A stretch of DNA of 62,861 bases, counting the filler, from Bigelowiella natans CCMP2755 (Eukaryota > Protista > Cercozoa), in assembly GCA_000320545.1 (NCBI GenBank). It is 4 parts of 4 records of this genome, joined end to end, with 100 filler letters (N's around TTAATTAATTAA, not from the genome) between each part and the next. Parts side by side here need not be neighbours in the genome. Positions count along the whole stretch, not along the records: positions 48,572 to 62,861 come from ADNK01001781.1; 3 more parts are not named here. One strand, written 5' to 3'. Within the stretch, counting starts at the first letter, position 1, and each line of letters begins with the position of its first letter. This document shows positions 50,486-62,861 of this stretch, piece after piece. The notes beneath the pieces are model-generated. The model made no database searches. It was given only the letters and a program-made list of their open reading frames with translations, and was not told where the DNA came from. A program made the translations under genes and the position numbers.

Positions 50486-51044
50486 GCTATCTCCTTCTCA
50501 CGTAGGACGGTTGCCTTGATGATGAGGAATTTGCGACCTGTGTCTATCTCATCGTAATGTCTCATATAATACACACACACACACACACACACACTATATA
50601 TGTATATATAAATTGCTCTATTGCCTGTGCTCTAGCCATTGCGTGTGTTTCATCATATCCCACCCGCAACATACGTCAATTCGACAACGACGAGTTATCT
50701 CGAGTGCGTTTTCTTTTCTGCAAGCCGTACTCCTTCGCAACGGAGCATGGTGAATTTGCGGGGCCAAAAGCACCAACAACGGTGTACTGTGTGCGGTCCT
50801 CCTTGATGCTTCGTTTACTTAAATTCGAGAACAACATATGCACAGGAGCGCTAAAGTCGGGCGCGATGAAGGAGCCTCCAGCACAACTGCCACTCACTCT
50901 CATCCCCCCATCAAAGGTGGGAGATTTGTGGTTGCACGTGGTGGTGGTGGTGGTGGTGGTGGTGGTGATGGTGTCCACGTCTATCATATGTGTCAACTCA
51001 TACATTTTGCCGTTCAAACTGCAACTCAGATTGGGCTCCGATGA
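48661..51044 (+). CDS. C-terminal exons of an EHD/RME-1-like EH-domain protein
   Basis: Exons LENVLSKEIPALMK, GSNPFG...PWAI, KYDNMF, LTGPNAKPFMLKSCLPAE, LGLIWELSDMDK, DGCLDDEEFATCVYLI and PAQLPLTLIPPSK. Confidence 0.88.
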
Positions 51045-52257
51045 AAAACAGAGATCCCTGGTGCAAACGTCGAAGAATGAGGATTTTGTGTGATGTTGCG
51101 GCGGCCGCCGAAGTCATCATCAAGATGAGGCCTTGGAGGGAGGCGGATCAGGCGATAGAAGGAGCATCGTACGAGAGAAGATTGCTTCTAGGACGACAGC
51201 TCCGCCATTTATACTTCGGGGAAACACTTGCGTGGTTATCTATCAATGATGGCGCCTGTTGTTGCTGCCACATGCTGACAGCGATGTACTCACTATCAAT
51301 CTTACTTAGCGCCATCGTAAGTTGAGGTATCACACATGCCAGAGAGACACACAAATACCATCCATGTGTAGGAGGGCTCCGTGAGCATGGATTCTCCTTT
51401 TAGGAGTGGCAATTTAATTGTCGCTTGCAATGGCTTGCATCGATCACACATGCAGCAGGGGTTGCTTGCCATTAGCAGTGATCGGTCGATCATAGCGCAT
51501 GTTGTCATGCAGGTACAGCATCAGCGTGTCAAGCGAATCCCTGCCTTTGCGCGAAACGCACATGCCACACACACACACGCACAACGCCATGATGACGAAG
51601 GCCAGAAGGCCACGCACGGGACGACACATCATCACACGCAAAGCAACGCGTGCGAGTCTAGGTGTGACTTGCTTCACTAGTTCAGCAAACGAACGTGAAG
51701 TGATGTCCACAAGTGCACCTCCGCCAGGCTTTCGCCACTGCTGCACTGCCAGACTGTTGCATCGGAAGCGGCGTGAGCACAAGTGCAAACCACTGTGGAA
51801 AAAAGAAAGAAAGAAAGATCGAAAGAAACTTGACGATCAACGTGTACTTCCAAAATGGCAACGTGCATGGCCACTCTGGCACATGCAAAGCACCAAACGC
51901 AGTGCTGGAGTTCCTCGAGCTGAAATTCCAACGAGGACTGCAAACTGACGTGTTGGCTGCTGTGATGAGTTCTGGCTGGCTTGACTGCTTCAACTTTCTC
52001 CTCAAGCTTCGGCAGTTTGGCGCTGCACAGTGGACAAATGGAAACAAGATTTCAGGCATGTCGCAGTCAGTGTTTAGAGGCCGATTTGGCAAGAATCCAG
52101 CTTCAGCATCGCAGCACGTGTCTGGCACGTTCGGAACTCCTCTCAACACCCACCCAGCCATTGATGGCGACGGGTGCTGGCCCCGCCCGCCTTCGCCTTC
52201 TCACAGGTAGTTTCAGGAGAGGTGTGGTGAACCCCCTTTCGACCAAAGGTCCACGAG

Positions 52258-55158
<2,901 letters not shown>

Positions 55159-56229
55159 CAATGGCGCGTCTCTCCCGTAGTCACAGTGTGTTTGCGTAGC
55201 AAAGCAATTCTGCAGGATGGATGGTGCACAGAACAATGCGAGACCTTGAGATGCACCGCAGATGTTAATGACTTGTGTTTTTGCTAGCGCATCATGACGC
55301 TTTACACACAGTTTTGAGCATGTGTGCATGTTCCCGCAAATGTGCATGTGACCTCATTGAAAAGATATTCAAATGTTTCATCACACTCGCCTCACACATG
55401 ATGACTTCAACGCTCAATTAGACCCCCCAAGAGGCAAGACTACCTAGCGTCATTGGATTAGAACGTCGTACAGTCGTCATGCAAGACGGATGTAATCAAT
55501 CAATTAAATTTGTCCAATGGTAATCCTCATGTAGCTGTGCAATGCAACGGCTACAGCGCTAATGTTGAATCATGTGATGCAGGAACGTTTCAGGCTAGAA
55601 GGGGTGCACAGAGCAACAAAGAATGACGAAAATGTGACAGAAATAACAAACTTTTCATTTTTCTGCAGTACTTTCTCGCGCACATTTTTTGTGCTTTTGA
55701 TGCATGCATGTGACACTTGCTTTATCGGCACATTGCCCAGATAATGCACGCGCGTCTGCTCAATGTTTCCTATGGAGGACTTATTGGCATCACGTGAGCA
55801 ACTCCATGCAAAATCATTACAACGTACAACAACAAAATAAATCGACGACAGCAAACACGCTCAGTGTGTTTGCATGAATGCACATGCACTGGTAGACTGT
55901 ACGTGCGTTCTCCATCATTGACAGTCACAACGACCATTGTCACATCATGTGGAAACTGTTACATTGCACACATCAAACATGCACATTTCTATAGATGCAA
56001 CCTCAAGTAGGGTAACGTGCGCTAAAACATGTTACATGCTGGCTCATGCTACACATACAGTCGTCAGGCTGCGAGCATTATGTATATGTAAATAACAAGC
56101 AGCAAAGCTTGTCGGAATAAAGGCTAGAAATAAACATAGGTTTGCACGCGTGCATGCCATTGCCTCTTCAAGAAATGGAATACAAGCTTACTAAGCTATG
56201 GAAGCAGCAGAAGCATTAAATCTGCTTCA

Positions 56230-56754
56230 AAAGCAGCTGATATGCCTTCTAAAATGAATTCCCGCAGCGACCTTACGCTTGCATGGATATGGATGTGCAT
56301 AAGTTGCATGCGCTCCAACTTTATCTAGCCTGCTTAGCCGCCTCTCTCTGTGACAAATAATGTAGACAACACATGGGTCAGGTTGTAATTCAGTCAGTCT
56401 CAAAAGAGGCAGTTTTGATGCGATGGGAGGAACCAACGCTCAATCATCACCACGACCTGAATTCTCTTCTCTAGCTTGGCTTTTCTTTGATAGGCTTTCC
56501 CTCTTTATATTGATAGAATACAAATCAGAATGAAAAGTCCATCGCACGATAAATAGTGTGCGGGAGGGTGCGTAGACAGTAGTAATCGTTGCGGAGATGA
56601 GATGGAAATCCAGCAGGGTGATGATGATAAGATGTATTCACATTCTTACTTCTTTTGCAACTCGAAGAGCAGCTTCTCCAAACGAGACTTCGACACCGTA
56701 TACCGTGGCGCGCTTTAAGATTTACCAATCTTTCTCAGAAGCAAATCGATATAG

Positions 56755-56791
<37 letters not shown>

Positions 56792-57233
56792 GAGAGAGAG
56801 AAAGAGAGAGGGGGGGGGGGGGCAGAAATTTCTCCGCATTCAAAGTATTTATCCACTCCATCTTATGAATATCGTTTTCAGAAAACGCATGTATGTGTTG
56901 TAACCTACCCGTCATCAAACTGCCTATGGAAAAAAATAAATTCTGGCAGATCGATCTCGCCGTCGCCATTGGTGTCCATCTCACGGAACATTTGCCTCAC
57001 CTATTCGTTATTTAATGCCCCAAGGCGTTAATCATCATCTTGTTCAAAAGGGAAAGGAAGCGAGAAAGGGGGAGGGGAAGAGAAGGGAAGGCAACCTCTT
57101 CTTTTCCTTTCACCAAGCTCTTCAAGCTAGAATGTCGTTTCATTTTACAAGTTAAGCAGAATACGTGATCCAGTATTTGGTGCGAGTGCCACAGAGATGG
57201 TCATGTTTCCAGCGAAATACACACACGTGTGTG

Positions 57234-57274
<41 letters not shown>

Positions 57275-57395
57275 GGCCCTCGCACCAAATAATGGGACAC
57301 ACCCTACAGGAACACGTTTCACGGTATGCAGATATGTTAAGATGCAGCGTCTGATTTCTTGACGATAATGAAAATATAGATCGTGACAAATCGTC

Positions 57396-57434
<39 letters not shown>

Positions 57435-57729
57435 GCGCGCGCGCACGCATGATAACAAAATACTCTAAATACACATCATATATAGATATTTTATAAATAC
57501 ATGAATTCGTGCTGCACTTAACCGTCACTAATGTGAGAAGACTTAAACTATCAGCACTAGTTAGTAGTAGTACCCCATGAGATGATTTTCCATTTCAATC
57601 ATGGTGATCTTGCCATCCTTGTCAGCATCATACCTTTATAAAGACCAAAGGCACAACGTGTGTGCGTGTAATACTGAATTTGCTTCATTTTATCCACCTT
57701 CCCACATATACAATATGTACAATATACAC

Positions 57730-57768
<39 letters not shown>

Positions 57769-58167
57769 TGTGTTTGTACGAATTATCAATGCAGTTAAGA
57801 CGGCATGGAAAACAGGCCTTATAATAGTCACCGATTAAAGCTTTGCTTATAGCTTTGCAGGTGCTCGCTCGAAAGCCCATCTGACATGGAGAATCCCTAA
57901 GGAAAAAGAACGGCGTGAATTACTGCGCACAATTTCCTTCGTATGTGGTCATCATCCTCTCCTCGCTCTCTCACCCCCCTTCCAATTAAATCTCCGCAGT
58001 ATTGCATTGTGACAGCAACGAAACGCAAGTAACAACAACAATAACAATAATACTAACAATGATAGGAGCACATGTGTGACGCACACATTCTGAGAATACC
58101 GATCCTCCACAAAATATACACACTATATACACGTTCGCATGCGCTTTTAATCATCACATTCATTCAG

Positions 58168-58209
<42 letters not shown>

Positions 58210-59301
58210 TAAATTATGAACATAATATAAAGAAAACCGCGGCCAGTTGTGTTAACATTTCACCTCTGCGAAGACTTTTGAGGCTGCAAGCATGGCCGAC
58301 TTTGAGAATATGAAGAGGTGCAGCTGCATGTTATTAAAAACCCCTCAGGCGAAAGAGATCAGTACCAACGATTCGAACAAATGCCGTGTTTAAGATAATA
58401 GATACAGCGCATGCCGTGAGAGAGCAGTCTGTGTGTATGCGTCTGTGTGAAAACATACTGCGGCTGGACAAAATTTAAGCTCTGCTTTAGGCGTCTGAGC
58501 GATGTAGTTCTGAAGTAGTAGCGCGACGAGGCATGGGTTAAAAGCAAATAAACGGTAAGAAGGAGGGAGAGAATGAAGTTTCAGATGCAAACAATTCATG
58601 AGAATTTTATCATTAACGCACAATTCAATGCGATTATCCGGTGTAAGAGGGCGGGGGGTTGCTCTGCATCTTCCCTGCACAGTCCAACCTCTCCCAACAA
58701 CCTCTCCCATTAGAAAAATGATTTATTGAAGCTGGCAAATCTGCAAGATGCCTTCTCTTAGAAGGAGCATCTAAAACAGGGCCATTGGCGTTGAAGACCC
58801 ACAAAACACGGGTAGACTGCCAAAAACGGCAGCGAGACGGCAAATGTGGTGAAAATCACGGAATCGAATACAACCCGAATTGAGGTCGTGTACGGGATGA
58901 ATCTTTGTATCTTCGCCAGCGAAGCGATGAAGGTGTGCAAATCGACCTGCACACACGCATGCATGCGACAAGAAAGAGAGAGAGAGGGAGACGGGGGTCA
59001 TCTACATGCTCGCGAGTGTTATCGGGTGCGTCCTTATCATGTATAGTGCGGCGCTATTGATGATGATGACGTTGGTGATGATAATAATGATGATGATGAT
59101 GATGATGAGGACGTCATACCCTAGAGCTACACTCGAGGTCGGTTTGGAGGAATGTGTTGTACATCTCCTCGATGAACCTGAAAGAACGGTTGGAAGGCAA
59201 ACACATCGAGTTTTCACGGCCATTCACCCTTAAGGGCGATCATGACAACGGCAAGACTGATAGTCCCTTTAGAGAGGCTACACAACCAAGAATATGGTGC
59301 T

Positions 59302-59332
<31 letters not shown>

Positions 59333-59967
59333 TATTTACATATTATATATGTATATGCATGTATGTGTATATGTTTATCGTAGGCACGGGATTGCCGACA
59401 CATTGCACTATTGCATGTAACAGTACTTTTCATCGACGGTGTAGAGGTCCGCGTGTTTGATGATTTCATCGATCTAAGAAGAAAATCGATGCGTGATGAA
59501 GAATAGGGGGGAGGGAGAAGTGAACAAGTGGCGGGGAGAAGCGTGTAAGATGCAGCCTGCTGTGCTGCTATACGGATGGACATCGTATCCGTCTAGCGAC
59601 TTATACATGCAAAATACAGAAACAACCTGCGTGTATACATGTGTATCTGGTGTGCGAGGGACATATTATTACCTCTTTCTCATCAACCGCTTCATTCTCT
59701 GCATAGAGCATCAACAGAAAGTCCTCGAAAGACTCCATCAGGTCGCTTTTCTTCTGTTTAAGGACATGCGTCGTCGTCGCAGGACGGGGGGGAGAAAGAA
59801 GCTTATTATCGTGAAAAGAAAACAGTGGCTAATTTTCCCCTACTTCATGGCATTTCCGCAGCATAACTTTGCGAGGGCAAAGACAACCAAGATTTCCCCA
59901 TCGTTTCATGGAAAGAATAAATAAACGCAGGTTTCACCCCCCCCCTTTATTTCTCTGCCTGTCGCTC

Positions 59968-60007
<40 letters not shown>

Positions 60008-61607
60008 AGCACCTGTCTCTTCAATTTTAGAGAGATATTGACGATTGTCTTCATCGTGTACCGAGGCTGCTCGGGTACCATCTTGTTTTCTAGTATAGCC
60101 TATTGAGTACATTTTCTCTTTTACCGACTGTTGCAATCAGTGACCCCCCCCCCTCCCCCCCGCTCTCTCCCTTCCCTGATCTTGCCATCCTTTTTGAGTT
60201 TGGTGTGTTGAAGTTAGTCGACCTGAACTTCATTGGCGGTCTCTTCGTAAATCCTCCTGGTTACATTGCGAGAGAGCCAAAGTGAGGCGTTTGCATATGT
60301 CATGTTGTCGGACATAGAATGAATTCCAATGGGGCCATCAACGTGCAAGGGGGGGTGGTGAAGGTAAGGAAGTGATTGTGAGTGAGAGCTATCAATACCC
60401 CCTCCTCCCCCAATAAAAAATGAAAGAACTATGCAATCGTCCACATATAGTAGACGTATGTTGTTGTTGTTGTTGTTGTTGTTGTTTTCGTGGTGCTCTT
60501 CCATTCCCTATCTTACTTCAGGCGCAATGGCTGTAAAGAGTTGAGGACCGGGTATGGCATAATCTAACATCGGTAGCCATGAGATCGCAGCAGCAGCAGC
60601 AGCAACACAACAGTAATACTTCAGAAAAGAACACGGGCTTCGATGCACTTCTCTCAAAAAGGAAGCGGATTTGGGAGAGCCTCCCTCCCCCGTTCTCCCT
60701 CCGTTATATTAGCACGTGTTGTGTTGATCAAACGGGAATGAGGATAGGATATTCTTTGTAGCACTAATGCTGCTACTGCTACCACAACTAGTACTACAAG
60801 ACAAGAACCCCGTCGTTGACTTGTGCTAGTTTCTTGCCTCCAAACGTGCGCTACAACGCACAGAGTAACAACAACAACATATTGAGAAAAGAAAAAGAAG
60901 AAGAAGAAGAAGAAGAAGAAGAAACAACGGAGAGAGGGAGAGATACACACATGCAAATCAGCAAAATGTAGGTGAAATGCAAGCCAACTGCCAACGCGTT
61001 TTGGGTCATCATCGAGTCGTACCCCAGCGACGAACTTTCGGAGTTTCTGGGGTTTGGTGAGATGCTTTTTCTTGGTCGTCTTGCCATCACTTTCTTCCTT
61101 TTCATTGCCCTTTTTACCCTCCTGTTTCAAGTGGGGAAAATGTACACTATCAGAGAGAAGAATGTGATCTTAAACGTGAAGCTACCACCAAGCAAACAAA
61201 CAATCCCCACCCTGTCTCTTCTTCACCCCATCATCTTGAAGGTTTCTGTGTGTTGTTTTGTGGTGTGTTTACCCCACCTGTTTCTGCGCTAATCGCGACA
61301 ACCACTTCTTATGCTTATCCTCCTCCTTTATACATGTATACGTTCATACCACATATTCATTTCACACGAGATAGTGTAGGAATGAAACCTTCGCGTCATT
61401 GAATCGGTGGTAGTAATATAATAACAATAACAACAACAACAAACAACAGCATAAATAACAATGACAACTATGACCTCTTTTGTAACATCAACATCGGGAT
61501 CCAAATCGTCGCTGTTAAACGTACTGCCAAGCAAGAAGGAGGGAGGAAATAAATTGACCTTTCGGCATATAACTGTGCATACAAACAACCCCCATTGCCC
61601 CCCTTTT

Positions 61608-61644
<37 letters not shown>

Positions 61645-61941
61645 ATTCTCAAAAGCACTACACAGAAAATTTGCACGTCGTGATTCTCTTTCTTGCGTGC
61701 GGAGACGTGAGAGTGCATGCGCATCATTCAGTTATTATTCAGTTATTATTCAGTGTGTGTCGCGAGGAGTCTGCAGATCTGCAGCACACGGCATTTATTC
61801 CTACGTGCTCTTCTTGCTGTGCTTGGCCATCAGCTCGAGGAAGCTCACAGATGCACGCTGAAGTACGCTAAATTTGGATCTGCGACATACACTTCTTTTC
61901 AATACAGAGCACGGATCGGCTCACGCACATATTTGCGTGGG

Positions 61942-61992
<51 letters not shown>

Positions 61993-62089
61993 GAATATAT
62001 CTCATGATGTTGCTGTGGGCGGGGAAAATGGGTTTTCCTACGAGGACTGCCTGAGGGATGGAGACGATTTTGGAGATCTTGAATCACGC

Positions 62090-62123
<34 letters not shown>

Positions 62124-62532
62124 ATACACACACAGAGAGAGAAAGAGAAAAGGAGGGGGAGGAAGTGGGAGAGTCATAGATTGAATAAGATATACAAAGG
62201 GGCATATATTTGAATCATTAGCGAAAGCACAAGGAAGATGCCAGACGCAACAAGGGAACTCAGTAGTAGGAGGGTAGATAGCATTTGTGCACTTAAATCA
62301 GAATCAACCCGCGCTCAAAAACAAGGCCGAAATCCAAAAGCATATGACAAGAGCTTTTTTTGTACCAGCATTTCTTTCAAAATATCATTTCCAAAGACTA
62401 TTCTATTTTGAAGTTCAAAGGTATTACTTCCATGATTTCATGCTGTCATCAGACTTTGGAGACCCGTACGACGAACACGTCGCTGTGATAAGTAATTGTG
62501 CGTTTGTATTGTCACTGTATGTATATTGTGAT

Positions 62533-62631
<99 letters not shown>

Positions 62632-62861
62632 ACAATATAAATAGCGCGATCACCTCTGCTGTATCTATGTGGGTCTGCATAGATGTTGAAATGTTATACA
62701 CAAAATCAGAGGCAACTAATTACCGTTAGCTGATGTCGGCAGCTTAAGAGTCGAGTCGCTTTTCATCATTCTGTCGTCATTGAATAAGGGAATGATACAC
62801 GCTTCTCACATGCGTTTGTATTTTTTTAAGAATCTCCATATTTCTATCCGATTGGGCGGGG
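56230..62861 (-). CDS. Long multi-exon gene of unknown function, extends beyond window
   Basis: Many short exon-like segments between microsatellite introns, e.g. KLRKFVAGVRLDDDPKRVGSWLAFHL, YLHHPPLHVDGPIGIHSMSDNMTYANASLWLSRNV and SDLMESFEDFLLMLYAENE. Confidence 0.4.

Overview
This is eukaryotic nuclear DNA from an intron-rich genome with microsatellite-filled introns. A nucleus-encoded Cox1 C-terminal fragment suggests a protist, possibly SAR/rhizarian (inference). It carries ordinary spliced genes: a SohB/S49 peptidase, Cox1-c, an MFS transporter, a B-box protein, GH28, an RGS-like protein, a C2-like protein, GH78, a PDZ protein, an EHD C-terminus and an aldo-keto reductase-like protein. 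It also carries three assembly gaps, a pair of MITEs, a dead Copia gag, and a young intact Ty3/Gypsy element (identical 326-bp LTRs, AACA TSD) whose integrase ends in a degenerate Dam-like adenine-methyltransferase domain. The main signal is non-genic: discrete domains over old transposons and downstream of gene 3' ends show two coupled mutational signatures I do not recognise as described. (1) TpA is erased to TpG/CpA, the reverse of fungal RIP, with 2.6 kb at 6789-9384 lacking any TA. (2) About 45 exact NNNN-CTAG-NNNN scars occur, each a CTAG insertion flanked by a 4-5 bp target duplication. Older scars are eroded to NNNN-CCAG/CTGG-NNNN. Together they look like a repeat/intergenic-targeted mutagenic system. 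All counts were made by eye.
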